Positions 47,421 to 64,000 of a stretch of DNA of 64,000 bases are shown here, one piece after another. The translations under genes and the position numbers were made by a program. Numbering within the stretch: position 1 is the stretch's first letter; every line of letters starts with the position of its first letter. The notes under the pieces are model-generated. The model was not told the origin of the DNA, searched no databases, and saw only the letters and a list, made by a program, of their open reading frames with translations. The DNA is from the human T2T-CHM13v2.0 reference genome, Homo sapiens, in the NCBI RefSeq assembly GCF_009914755.1, contig NC_060928.1; one strand, given 5' to 3'.

Positions 47421-48666
47421 ACTCTCTTCTTTGAAATTCTGGAATTGGCGGCAGGGGAAATTGCATGTAAAAGCACTGCATGTTTACCTCTGGCTCTGTG
47501 AAATCACAGGAAGTACAGTTAAATTCTAGGAAACACAGGGGCATTTTTACCTCTGCACAAATCTATAAAGCTCCTGAGGGTCCTGCAGTCTTTTTCCACC
47601 CTGATGTCTCCCAAGACAGCCTTCTGATTGCTGAGATATAGCCTACATTGAATAGATATTTGTTGAGCAAATCAACCTGCTTCTGCTGTGGCTCCAGCAG
47701 GACTGGAACATTTCAGGAAAGAATAAAAGGTCATTTCTCCTGAGTTAAGTGTTAATTCTTGCTTTGAATGTCAGTGGCGTGCTAACACCTGCTCTCACAT
47801 GTATTTTAGGTCCATCAGCGTATCCTAACTAGAAGGCCTTGTGACTAGCAGAAAAGAAAATGTAGGTGAGCCATGCAATGATGGACGTGGACTGCTCTCA
47901 GGGCGCAGTGACAATTATGACTTAGTCATCAAAGGTGAATTGATACAAACACTTGAACATATCTTAAATTAGATTGTTCCAGGAATCCTTAAAATGCAAG
48001 AGAAATGGCAATGATGGGGCAGTGGATAAATCTAAATGACATTACGTGGGCTATGATTCCTTTCTCCATGCCATTTGGAAAGTTAGAAGAAATCATATTA
48101 GGCCTGAGAATAGACTGGGTGCTTCTCAGTGTGTATCCTTTACACCCAGAGTGCCAATCATCTAGGATGCACCGGTTCTGCCATACTGGGGATATACAGT
48201 CAAAGTCCATTCTTACTAGCTGGTACCTTGCAGGACCAGTTGTCAAATATTTTTAACAGCACCTTATTCATGCATTTTTTTCTAGAATATATATGAACTT
48301 TTTCCATCCCCAGTATTGTGGCTCCCCTCCCATCCCTATTTAGATCCTCATCTCTCACTTGGATGCCTAAAATAGCCACTTCAGCCCCTCTTTCTACATA
48401 ATCATCTCCTGTAATTTATTCTCAACACATGTTTTCTTGAAGCCTTATCCAAATATATGATTCCTCTACTAAATGCATGAATACATAAAGAAAACAAACA
48501 TAGAATAATTTACTGCTACTGACTTCATGTCATTCCACAGGATTAAATATAGATCCCATATTATACACACTCATATTACACTTATATAATATCTATATTA
48601 TTATATATCTACATTAAATACACATATATTCTATACATTAAAAGACCCTCACAATTTGAACCACAT

Positions 48667-49031
48667 TGTATGGACTCAATGTTTGTGCCCCACCCCCAAA
48701 TTAATATGCTGAAGCCTAAACCCCAATATGATGGTATGTGGAGGTGGGATCTTTGGGAGGTAATTAGGTCACAACGGAGGAGCTCTTATGAATAGAATTA
48801 AAGCTCTTATAAAAAGAGACACAAGAGAGATTCTCTCTCTCTCTGCCAGTTGGCCATATGAGGATACATGCAGCTATCGGCAAACCAGAAAGGCCCTCAT
48901 TGAAAACCCAATCATATTGGCACCCCGATCTCACACTTCCAGGCACCAAACCTGTGAGAAATAAATGTTGGTTGTTGAAGTCATTCAGTCTATATAGTAT
49001 TCTGTTATTGCAGCCTGAGCTGACTAAGACA
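48667..49031 (+). mobile_element. MLT1A0-like solo LTR
   Basis: TATGGACTCAATGTTTGTG...CTGTGAGAAATAAATG...GCAGCCTGAGCTGACTAAGACA. Confidence 0.88.
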
Positions 49032-49231
49032 CCCATCTAACTCTGCAGCCTTCTGTTCCTCTCTCTATACTGAAGTCTATTTCATTATTTCATATGTATT
49101 TCTCATGGCTTTTTGAAATCACCAGACAATTTCCTGCCTCCATGGTTTTAGAGCTGATGTCAAATGGGAACACCCTGGTGACACCAAGCCAACAGATGTC
49201 AATTCTGGTTGGTCAAGGCTGCTGCTCTATC

Positions 49232-49520
49232 TGATTAGTTGGTTTGGGTTACCCTAAAGGCAGATCCTGAGACAAGGAATTTCATATAAATAGTTTACTA
49301 AAGACATAATCTCAGGAAGGAGGAGTGAGAAAAGCATAGAGACTGATACAAGGATGGAGGAAAGCCAATATAAATGTATTTTGACAAAGTTACTGTGAGA
49401 AATCAGAAGTTCACACGTATGCTAGGACATGTGAGAAGCCCACCTATGAAATGACCTTATAATCATCCAGAAAGATAAGGCATCTATCCTTCCATCATTG
49501 GTTAGGTTTGTTAACTCCAC
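49232..49520 (-). mobile_element. ERVL LTR remnant (LTR16-like)
   Basis: GGGTTACCCTAAAGGCAGATCCTGAGACAAGGA...GGAGGAAAGCCAAT. Confidence 0.55.
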
Positions 49521-50456
49521 TGCATTTCCAGGTTATACTGATGAACAAGATGAGGGAATTCCAACCACATCACTCCAGGCCAGGAGGCTGAATCAGAAAG
49601 ATAAGTAATCGTCCATTTCCTCTGCTCCCTCACTGTGGACTGGAACGTGGATATGGTGGTGGGGAGCCAGGTTCCGTCATGTAGATATAGTGGAGCAAAA
49701 AAGCTCTAAAAATCTGGATCCCTGCATGACCTCATGGAACAGAGTAGTTGTATTTTTTTCATCCTACCACCCCTGGAGTGCCTAACGATTCTATATTGTC
49801 AAGTGAAAATTATTTCAGTCTCATTCTGGTGGCTAAACCCAAATCTTAATTAATATTATTCTCTCATGCATCTGTCCCATGCTGTTTACTTTCACTGCAC
49901 TCTAGTTCCACTTCCTGTCAGACTCTATTGCAATTATCTATTTAAATGCCCATCTCCATCGTTGCATTGAAAGTTCTTGATGACAGCCACGGTGCCATTT
50001 CTGAACCCTGAGTGCCTGGTAGGTATTGGATTTACAAGAATTTTTAAATAAAATTTAAAATGTAATTGCTCCAACAGTAAAGCTGTAATACATGCAATTA
50101 AAAATATATGATACATAATCACCACTCACTGGGCTGCTTACTGTACTTTTTCTCATGAAGTATAATTTGACACAGGAAGGTTAATGAAGCATTTCCTGGG
50201 AAACATACTTTACATATAACATGACTCCAAGATGTGTTTGTACCATTCTTGTATTCTTTCCCTCTGTCACAATTAGAGAGGTGGTTCTTCTCCTAGCCAA
50301 GAAAAATTCTTCTATCTATGCTATAGATCTTCTTTTTTCTCCTACCATTAAGACCCTAAGCTCTTTTTTCGATTCCTTCAAGTTCTTTCTCTCTGTTGGT
50401 TAAAATCTCTCTAAAACAATCAAAGAATGCTACCTAGTCTTCACATGTTCCTTTAA

Positions 50457-51185
<729 letters not shown>

Positions 51186-51209
51186 AGGTGACAGACTCTT
51201 AATTATCCT

Positions 51210-52570
51210 GTGGGAGTCAAGGTTTCATAAAAGCCTTCACTTGCTGTCTGCATTTTCTCACTCACTTCACAACACAATTCCAACACAACCAGGTTTATAT
51301 CGCTCTTGCCAACATTTCACAAAATTCAATGGACTTCTGTTATCATACATATCTGTCAGCAGCACTCAACACCACTCAATCCTCCCTTCAAATGTCCACT
51401 GTGTCTTCATTTCTGTTTATTCTTCTTTTCTCTCCAGCCACTCATTCTGAATGTATTTTGCTGCCTCTTATTCCCTCAGTAGACATTTAATGATAAAAAT
51501 TCTCAACATTTATTTCAAGATACGCTTCCCTTCTCACTCAATATAATGTCGCTACTTATTTTTTTCCAATTCTATGGCTTCATTGGTCATGCCACAAATC
51601 CTAAATGTTCATCGCCTGGACAGACCTTGCTTCTGAGTTCCAAAAATGTCTATTCAAATGTGTACTGAGATGTCTCACTGGCAACTCAAAACCATATGCC
51701 ATTGTATCTGAAATGTTGGCCCCCTTCAAGACTCTCAACCAAGAAATTGCACCATAATTTACCTCATTGTTGAAGCCAAGAAAATGGAAATCTTATATGA
51801 TTTCTCATTCTGCCACCAAGAATGGCCAACCACACTGAATTGCCTGGAACTGAGGCGTCTTGTGGGAGGTAGAACTTTTAAAGCTAAAATTAAGTTAGTT
51901 GGTTACCTTCCAATCTGGCTCCTGGCTCTGTGCATTCTATTTCCTAAATATCTCTTATATTTGTTCAATTATTTCCATTTTCATGACCTCTGCTACTGTC
52001 TCTTGTACAGGGATCCGTACGTTCATTCTTGCCCTTCATTTCTCACCCTACAAATGCTTTCTGTACACAATGACCACAAGATATCAACAAAAAGCAAAAC
52101 TTATGATATCAATCTCTTCCATCCTTCTCATTGTCTATGAGATAAGACCCAGCAATATCTGGGCCCTGCGTGTCTCCTCAGACTCATGATTCATTATTTC
52201 CTCTGTGTTCCAGCCCAACTAACCTTTCCATTTCTTAAATGTGCCATGAAACAGGCCTGGAATTACTCTTCCCTACTCCTTCTTCCTATTAACTCCTCAT
52301 CTTTTGGGTCTCAGAATCAATGTAATTTCCTAAAGATGTTTTGCCTTCTCTCCCTAGACAAGATCAGACACATCTTTTTCCCCCCGCCCATATCAAACTG
52401 CACTGTTCCTTCACAGAATTCAACAGCATTCATTATTTGTTCAATATCCATCTTCCCAGCCACACTAGAAACTCCATGAAGCAACTATTATTGCTTTATT
52501 CTCTTACCACTGTATATACAATACCCCAATCAGTGCCTAGAAGCAAAAAACTTTTGTGAAATGAATAAAT
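51210..52570 (+). mobile_element. L2 LINE remnant
   Basis: Pyrimidine-rich L2 body ending CAGTGCCTAG...TTTTGTGAAATGAATAAAT. Confidence 0.65.
51819..51909. mobile_element. MER81-like hAT MITE
   Basis: TGGCCAACC...TTGCCTGGAACTGAGG...AACTTTTAAAGCTAAAA...AGTTGGTTACC. Confidence 0.55.
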
Positions 52571-52711
52571 ATTTTGTTATAGAATATTTCCTTATGTGAT
52601 ATCATGTCCTATTATAACTTCAGATAGGTTAACTAAAAATATAACTCTATTAAGGAAAGAAATAAGGCCATGGCCCCTCCTAAAATTTTAGCAAGTTTTA
52701 CCATATCCCCT

Positions 52712-53090
52712 TTGTATGGTTTGGATTTGTGTCCCTGCCCAAATCTTGGATTGTATTCTCCAATGTTGGAGTAGGGGCCTGGTGGGAGGTAATTAGATCA
52801 TGGGGGTGGACTTCCCCCTTGCTGTTCTCATGATAGTGAGTGAGTTCTCACAAGATCTGGTTCTTTAAAAGTGTTTAGCACCTCCCTCTTTGCTCTCTTC
52901 CTCCTTCTCTGGCCGTGTAAGATGTGTCTGCTTCTCTTGCACCTTCCACCACGATTGTAAATTTCCTGAGGCCTCCACAGCCAGGCTTCCTGCACAGCTT
53001 GTAAAACTGTGAGTCAATTAAAACTCTTTTATTTATAAATTATCCAGTCTCAGGTTGTTCTTTACAGCAATGTGAGAATGAACTAATACA
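52712..53090 (+). mobile_element. MSTA/THE1D-like solo LTR
   Basis: TATGGTTTGGATTTGTGTCCCTGCCCAAATCT...TTTCCTGAGGCCTCC...CTGTGAGTCAATTAAA...GAACTAATACA. Confidence 0.92.
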
Positions 53091-53259
53091 GCACTGAATC
53101 TAAGATGTCATCAATGGTAACGTGTCATTATTTTAAGTATAACTAAGAAAGAAAAACAATGTTGAAAAATAAGTCATGAAACACCTTGACTGAAAGACAC
53201 ATCCAGTTTTCAGATATCAAAAAGTAAAAAACTGGGAAAGGCCACAACTTCCACAACAA

Positions 53260-53930
53260 ATCTTGTTTGCTCACTTCTCTCTCTACTGGGTGGTCCCTCC
53301 TTGGTCCATGGAGTATCACCTCATTCTTGGGCCATTGCAACTTCCTTGTATTCTCCTAACTAGTATCTTCTCTTGTATACTTGAACCCCCAGCTTCTTTA
53401 CATTTCAACCAGACTGATCATTTCACAATACAAACCTGATCACCCCAAAATGCAAAGCCTGATCTCTGGATAACCCTATACTGGTTGTCTATTCTATGAC
53501 ACATCACACACATACTCTCCCTTGTTTTCTGTCTTCCTGACATGGTTCCTAAAATATGCCAGCTTCTTTCCTTTATCTGGAATATTCTGCGACTTGCTGT
53601 CTTCAATCGTTCCTTCTGCTCCTTTTCATTTTATAGTGTTCATTACAAATTTCCCCTTCCCAGAACGATGTTCTGTGATTCTGTCACTGCAAATCAGTAG
53701 CCCCTCTCCCCTGCCCATGCCGTTAGAATTTTTCACACGTATAGCCTGTTCTCTTCCCTCACCGAGCTCATCTCAAGTTCTCATTACACATATTTTTTTG
53801 TGTGTTTATTTGCATAACGACTGTTGCTTCCACTGAACTTTGAGCTCCATAAGGGTAACTATCAGCATGATGTGCCAGTGCCATATACCACAGTGTGACA
53901 CAGATAGATTATTTATTGAATGAATGAGGA
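53260..53930 (+). mobile_element. L2 LINE remnant
   Basis: Ends ATTTATTGAATGAATGA, with L2 body motifs upstream. Confidence 0.6.
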
Positions 53931-55165
53931 AGTGGAACAGTTACACTTTGCTGAAACAAAGACAATAGAAAATTCAATGCACAGCCCTGAGAGGAATCTA
54001 GAAACAAGTCTGCAGCTAAAAAGAAGCAGCATATACCCCCAAAACTTAGGTAGGTGTCATAACCACATCCTCATAACCATGTGTGTTCTCACCAGATACA
54101 CCTGCCTTCTAAAGACTGTTTAAAAACAATTCACACTAAAGGTACTACTTAAGAAAAATAGGCCCTTCCATCTTAAAAGAGAAAAGTTTTTATGTATTGC
54201 ATTGTATGTTCCTCTCAAATATTTTAAAATTATTTTAAGTCACAGATTGTTTCATAAACATAATTTTGTTTTTCCAATAAAAAGCTTTGAAAAAACTCAG
54301 AAAATATTTTTGCAAATGTGGACCTCAATATCATTTGTTATGTCTCATTTTGAAAAATAATCAAATTTGAAATAAAATGTGTTTTAGAAGGTTAGAAATA
54401 TACACATATTTTCTCTTCACACGTTTGTGAAAAAAATTAGGTAAATGACTAATGAGAAAATACTACTAGACTAAATTTACAAAGAATACAGAGCAAAAAC
54501 AGAACAATCTTAATAGAATCAGTGCCAATTACATCTCACATTTCAATGGCAGTGAAAATAAATGTGATTTTGACATATGAAATTGTGTTAGGAATGTTTT
54601 TATGTAGAGGAAAATGTTATCATCCTTGGGGGCTTTTTGTTCAACCAATTTTCAACTTTCTAATGCCTGGCTGTGCCTTGTGTGGAATCAGGGAAGTCAC
54701 TATTTCTCTGTCCTTGAATACTGCTCATGCATCATTCTCATAAAAATATATATTTGCCCATCCCTGAATTCATGTGTCTCTTCATTCACTCAGCATTTAT
54801 GGAGAAAATTTTATATGACAAGCACTTGGCTAGCTTCTGTATATACAAAGATGAATAATTCTAGGATTAAAATATGGCAGGAAAAATAAAACCATTAACA
54901 AGTAAATTCTGAAAGTTAAATGCTAATAAAAAAGCAGTAGACATATGTACAAATATTGAATGCCATTTTATATCTCTCTTCATTTTCCAGAGAAGGGCAT
55001 TAAGGCTTAAGATAACAAGGTAATTTCATGGAGATTTCATACCTAACGAATGAAAAGACTAGGGCTTGAATTCTGGTTTCTCATTTCATAACTAGTAAAT
55101 CCCTTTACCGAGTGTTGTCAAACATATGTCATCCATTTTATGTATGAAATCTCCTTTCATACTAT

Positions 55166-55526
55166 GCATCTTCACCAGTTTGAGCTGCTATAACAAAATA
55201 CCATAGACTGGGTACCTTATAAACAACAGAAATTTATTTCTCACAGCTCTGGAGGCTGGAAGTCCAAAATCTGTGCCAGCATGGTCAGGTTCCAGTGAGA
55301 GCCCTATTTCATGTCACAGACTGCTGACTTCTCATTATATCCTCACATGAGGAAAGAGCAAGAGAACTCTGTGGAGTTCCTTTTATAAAGACACCAATCC
55401 ATTCATGAGCACTCCACCCTCAAGACCTGATTACCTCCTACAGACCCCACCTCCTAGTATTATCACATTGAAGGTTTGATTTCAACATACGCATTTTGAG
55501 GGGAAACCAACATTCAGTCCATAAGA
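55166..55526 (-). mobile_element. MLT1A-like solo LTR
   Basis: GCTGCTATAACAAAATACCATAGACTGGGT...TTTATTTCTCACAGCTCTGGAGGCTGG...AACATTCAGTCCATA. Confidence 0.9.
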
Positions 55527-55539
55527 CCATGAAAAATAA

Positions 55540-55680
55540 CAATTTTTATTTCTGTTATACTGACAAGGAAACCAAGACTCAGATAGGCTCAGCAACTGGC
55601 CAAGCCACACAGTTAGTAAATGGCAGCACCAAAATTCAAACTCAAGTTTGTCCAACCCAGAAACTTCTGCAATGTCTACT
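55540..55680 (-). mobile_element. MIR SINE remnant
   Basis: TACTGACAAGGAAACCAAGACTCAGA...GCCACACAGTTAGTAAATGGCAG. Confidence 0.7.
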
Positions 55681-57398
55681 ATCACGAGCTTCCTCTCTAT
55701 TCCAGTTCCCATGTATCTGTGAAATGATTTAATTATCACACATTACTAGCATTTGTTGAGCATTTATATGTCCCAAGCATTCCTTAAAGATGCTTCCAAG
55801 AATCAAGTTATTTAATTCCAAAAAAAATAATATGTAGGTACTGAGGTACCATCCTAAGGTATTGAGGTATTATCCTGATAGCACACCGAGAATGCTATCG
55901 GGTCTCCCAAAGATGGAGAATTAAAGAACGAATGTCTCTATATTCCTCAGCAGGAGTCAGTCTAAAAGGAATAATCCACCAGCCAGAGTATATGCCATTT
56001 TTAGATTACAGATACAATCCACTATAAGTTCCAAACCCAGAGTGGTCAATATTGCTTTTCTTCTTTTATATCTGTTCTGTTTTGCAAAATATATGTTATG
56101 GTTAAAGAATGAACTTGAGTGAGCTGCCCTGAAATGAGAGCCATTTGTTTAAAGTTCTGTGGTGACTCCTTCTTCCTTCCCACCTGCATCCCCAACCACA
56201 TGTTGAGATTCCTGGAAATATGCTCCTTCATAAGGGTAGAGAGCCAATGAGGACCAAATGATATGTTTTCCTTTCCCTCAGCTTCAAGGGCTCAAAGTCC
56301 CAGATGAGGGGCAGGGAGCATACTCCATGACAGAAATAAACAAACAGCCAGGTGGCCCAAGTAATGACTAGCCAGGTCTCTGGAAACTCCTCAAGAACTC
56401 ACCGGCTTGCAGCCTAATCTGGGAACAGTGTTGTACATGACTACATATAATATAATGTGAATAGTACTACTACAGACAGGTGGACCAACATGATCTGAAA
56501 GCACCAGTTAAGAACACATACAGAAGTATTTGATACAAGGTAAAATCTATCATTCAAAGGCATACAAGTACTTTGCAACTACGAAACACCTCTAAAAAAC
56601 TAACGGCTTTGAGACAGTGCTATACATAAAGATAAATAATTTAAAAGACTATATGTACATTCTCAAAAGTTTGTCCTTGCACAAATCACTTGCTTCCCAC
56701 CATAAACACTTCTGAGACCCTTCCTAATAAAACCATTAAGGTTGAGCAGGCAACATTGTTTAGAAGAACAACTGTGAGTTGTACATGACCCTTCATAAAA
56801 GCAGAGACTACTAAACATCATTAGTAGGCGATATTACAGCATCTTCAAACCCAGACATAACTGGCACCAAATTTGCAGGAAAATGAGTTACCTTCCTAAT
56901 AGCCCTTAATTACAATTACAATGTGACTTTACTCGTATTCCAGTAATGAAAGCATTTACTCTCATTCCTCATCTGATTTAAAGGGCAACATAAGCTGAAT
57001 GCAAGATACCTTATAAAATTAGAAAAGCAATTGAACAAACTTTAACACTGTGCCCCAGGATGACAAGAAGGAAACTTCTTCAGAAACAAGACATCAGTGT
57101 ATCCAAAAAGTTCTTTGGATTTCACAGTTTGTAATCCCAGGGAAAGAAATATGGAAAAAAAAATTGAGAACTCAGTTATTTGGCCAAGCTAAATCAAACA
57201 CATGTTTATAAATCTAATTTCTATTTCTTAGAGATACCGAGTTACAGATACTATATGGGCTAATGATAACGAAGATGACAAAACTTCTTTTTAGTAAAAA
57301 ATAACCATTAGCTATAAAAATTAGAAAATAGAGACCAGTGAAATATAAATTGAGAATAGGGTATAATGGATATTACAACAATTAAAAGAAAAAAAGCT

Positions 57399-57715
<317 letters not shown>

Positions 57716-58139
57716 TTAGTGCTATACCTTATAAAACATTGTAAAAGAAATTCCAAATCAAAATGTTATTTAAAAACAATAAATAACCCCTCTAGTTCAA
57801 AACAGAACTAAATATTTATGAACTTTTTAGAGGAATAGTGCTTTTCTGCATCAAAGAAGTGACAACAAAGGTAGTGGCAGATTCAACACAGAAAAATTAC
57901 AACTTCCTCATACAATGAAAATTTTACCTAAAGCAAAGAAGGGATTAACATCTAATATGACAAAATGTTAAGATCTGAATTGTACACAAAGTGCACAGAA
58001 ATTGATAAGGAGAAGCTCTGGTGACGGCTAGAAGATTGCCAGAGATGTGAACCATGTGTGGGAAAGCTCGACTGGGAGGATAATATAAAACAAGAGGAAA
58101 GAAAAGTCAGATTTAGAGTGAGAACATTGTCAATAAGAA

Positions 58140-58410
58140 TTGCCAGGGTCCCCTAGATGGTTCCAATGAGCCTCGTCTCCTGATAATCACATCCTTGTGG
58201 GAGGGGGTCTCACATTGACTTGTGTAACCAATATGTTACTGCAGAAATGAAGTTATATGACTTCTGAGGCTAGGTTAGGAAAGATTTTGCAACTTCTGCC
58301 GTGTCTTTTCTTGTATCACTTGCTCTGGGGAAAGGCAGCTGCCACATTGTGAGGAAACTCAAGCAGCCCTATGGAGAGGTCAATATAAAAATAACTGAAA
58401 CATTCTGAGA
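58140..58410 (+). mobile_element. MLT1E/F-like LTR, 5' part
   Basis: TGACTTCTGAGGCTAGGT...TCACTTGCTCTGGGGAAAGGCAGCTGCCACATTGTGAGG...CAAGCAGCCCTATGGAGAGG. Confidence 0.8.
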
Positions 58411-60654
58411 ACTGAAGCCTACATCTACTTGATTATTGTACAAAGGAAGAAATTGAGGCACAGAGATTAAGAGCCTTGCCCAAGTTTACACAGGAAGGAA
58501 GTGCCAGATCTAAGATCAGGTTTCCAGAGCCTGAGTCCTTAACCTTTACATGATACTGCCTTCTCCATGGTAGAAATAGAATGAAAAAATGTTTACAATT
58601 GTATGAAACATAACAACAAAAAAGAAATGCTAAAATTCAGAAACTGATTGGATGTGAAGGCAAGGGGTGCATTGAAATGGCTTTAGTTTTTCAAATATGG
58701 ATAACAAGGAGAACAGTAGGGTTATTAATTAAGATAAAGATCAGACACTCACAGTTTGAAAAGTAAAATGTGCACATAAATGTATGCATGTGTGATCATT
58801 CATGTTGTTTAGAGAGTAAAGTGATACACAGGGAATGTAGTGAGCAAGCTGGTTTGGGATTATCAGATTTGAGCTTGCCCAGGCAAGAAGAATTTCAGAG
58901 AAGCTTCATTCCACTAGCATATATTAAAAGATGGCCTCTTTCAAATGATAATGTGTATACTACTTTCCTTCTGGAGATTCATAAAACGTTGGAAATTTCC
59001 TCACTCCACTTAACCTCTTTTTTGCCCGTCTCATTCTTATCAGTCACTCTAGGCATGGATCTAATCTAAATTATTTTTAAAATATGACTCTTTAAAAACA
59101 CATACTAATTAAGTAGAATTCAATAAAATTAGTTTATTTAAAACATGAATGAAATAAAAATAATTAGACTCGTTTTGCAATAACTAGAATATAAACTACT
59201 ATGCAGAGTGCAAATGCTATGTTTCATTAGTGTGTAAGAGAATATTCTAAGTTTGAGAAGTGTTTTATTTCTCTAAAATTAGAAAAATTTTAGTTTTTCT
59301 TTAGTTTTTCTTCTCCCAAACATATGTGACTTTATTTCATTTTAATATATAAGTCTTTTTAATAAATACATTTCTGTCTATGGGGAGCTCGGAAAAGGCA
59401 GGTGCAGCAGGTGTTATTTTTGAAGAGTTCTGTACACGTTCACATCTGCTTAGTTGTTATGCACTGCTGCATGTAATGGCCAAGAAAATCCAACACAAAT
59501 GCTGAAACCAAAATCCCCAGGAAACCAGCAGAAACGAAATTGGACAAATCCTAATACATAATGTATATACTTCAATATCCTATTGCATGTGGTTACAAAT
59601 TTGAATATGGCATATAGCTTATCTTTGTATTTTACTAAAATAAAACTAAAACCCACAAACTATCTGGGGAGATTAAATTTACCGTACATAAAAATGCCCA
59701 AGGGAATGCTGCATTCCTTTTATGATAGAGGGACTAGGCAATGACCAGAGCGGTGCAATTAACCAGACTGTTGGTCATGAGTTGATATTATTGTTCCACT
59801 AGCCCCACTTGATTCACTGCCAAGCTCATCCCATACCCTCATTTGTTAGAGCCACTCCATCTTTGCTCTATTTCACTTGCATAGAAAAAAAATTCAGATC
59901 CTGAAAATCAATATGTTGTTGAATTCTAATTTTGTCTTATTTTACTTGCAGATCTTATCTCACTTGCAGCTGTTTACATTTTCCATATTGTGTTAATAGT
60001 CAAATTTTATTTCTAAACATAACCTAATTTTTGCTGTGCAGGTAACAGGCTGTTTAACAAGCTATACCTACTTTAGGGTCCTTCAGTTTTTTTATTCTGT
60101 TTGACTATGTAATGTCTTCATCAAATATCTCCTCATTTGAACATCAAAAATATTATTTTTTATTATAGCAACCACCAAGTATCATGATACAAAGCACTAA
60201 AGTTGGTTCTTCGAGAATTATTTTGAAAATAGCTCTTTTAAATGTAGAAAATAAATTTCCTTGTGTTTCTTATTTTATATACTAAATATATTCATTTACA
60301 ATATATATTTGGTTTTCACTTCATATGTTCTTGCCTCCTTTGAATAATTTTAATTTAAAGAGAAGACACAATTTCCAAATGTTTAATAAAGCCTCTTAGA
60401 ATTATACTTCATGCAATAGATAAATAGCTATGATACCTGATCAGAAAATCTCATGAGCAGTAATGACTGAGGAGGGCTCCTGAAGGATGCTATGTCTCCG
60501 TATCCTTCCACTTCCCCAAATATACAATTAATTTAAAGCTGGACAGACAATGGGACAAAGTTTCAGCCATTAAACTCCAAATCCCTCAAAATTTAAAAAC
60601 AAAAAAATTTATCAACAAAACAAATAGCACATTTTAAAATTTAAAACTAACTTA

Positions 60655-60953
60655 ATATATGACTATACAACCCACCAATTCCATTTCTAGCTATCTTCCC
60701 CAAAGAAATGAAAACATACATTCACACCAAGACATGTACAGAGATGTTCATAGCAACTTTATTCACAATAGCCAAAAAGTGGAAACAGGCCAAATGTCCA
60801 TCAGTGAGTGAATGGATAAACAAAATGTGTCATAGCCATACAACAGAACATTACTCAGCAGTTATAAAAAAGGACAAAGATACATACTATAACATTAGTG
60901 AAACTCAATCATGTTATGCTTGGTGAAAGAAGCCAGACACAAAAGACCACATA
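60655..60953 (+). mobile_element. Old L1M (MB/ME-like) 3' fragment
   Basis: ORF2 C-terminal remnant MKTYIHTKTCTEMFIATLFTIAKKWKQAKCPS. GTGAAAGAAGCCAGACACAAAAGACCACATA. Confidence 0.85.
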
Positions 60954-61383
60954 CAAAGATATCATTTTTTATTTTGTTTCATTTTATTGTGCCTTGCAGA
61001 TACCACATTTTTTTTACAAACTAAAGATTTTTGGCAACCCTGCATGGAGCAAGTCTATAGGAGTCAATGGGAGTCATTCTGAACAGCATGTGCTCATTTA
61101 AAGTCTCAGTGTCACATTTTGGTAATTATTACAATATTTACAACTTTTTCACTATTATTACATCTGTCTTGGTGATCTGCGATCAGTGATCTTTGATGTG
61201 GCTACCATCATTGTTTGGGGCACCATAAACCACACTCAGATAACATGTTGAACTTAATAATAAATGTGTGTGTGTGTTGACTGCTCCACAGACCAGACAT
61301 TCTCCATCTCTCTCCCTCTCCCCCAGCTTCCATATTCCCTGAGAAAAAACATTATTGAAATTAGACCAATTAATAATGCTACA

Positions 61384-64000
<2,617 letters not shown>

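Noticed and set aside
47989-48256. Overlapping 83-85 aa ORFs on both strands in unique DNA
   Set aside because: No recognisable domain or convincing splice context. The length is within chance expectation.

Overview
This is primate, almost certainly human, non-coding genomic DNA. It carries Alu, L1PA and THE1/MST elements, plus a near-consensus AluYc1-type copy. The window is AT-rich and CpG-depleted, and roughly half is recognisable interspersed repeat: about 14 Alus; a 4.7 kb 5'-truncated L1PA4-like LINE (35225-39884, -); older L1MA/MB/MC/L1M1 pieces; many MaLR/ERVL solo LTRs; MIR/L2 remnants; and DNA transposons (Tigger3, MER5A, MER81 and a near full-length, disrupted Tigger1). I found no credible protein-coding exon, RNA gene, CpG island or CRISPR array. 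Every ORF with recognisable homology is a decayed L1 ORF1/ORF2, Tigger1 transposase or Alu-derived frame. I cannot support a novel biological system here. The best leads are a very young, possibly polymorphic AluYc1, an abrupt CpG-gain patch inside an ancient L1, several micro-duplication/hairpin scars suggesting template switching, an unexplained 35-bp direct repeat bracketing 229 bp of unique DNA, and a few candidate non-coding exon or enhancer motifs. Subfamily calls come from recalled consensus sequences, and the boundaries of old repeats are approximate.
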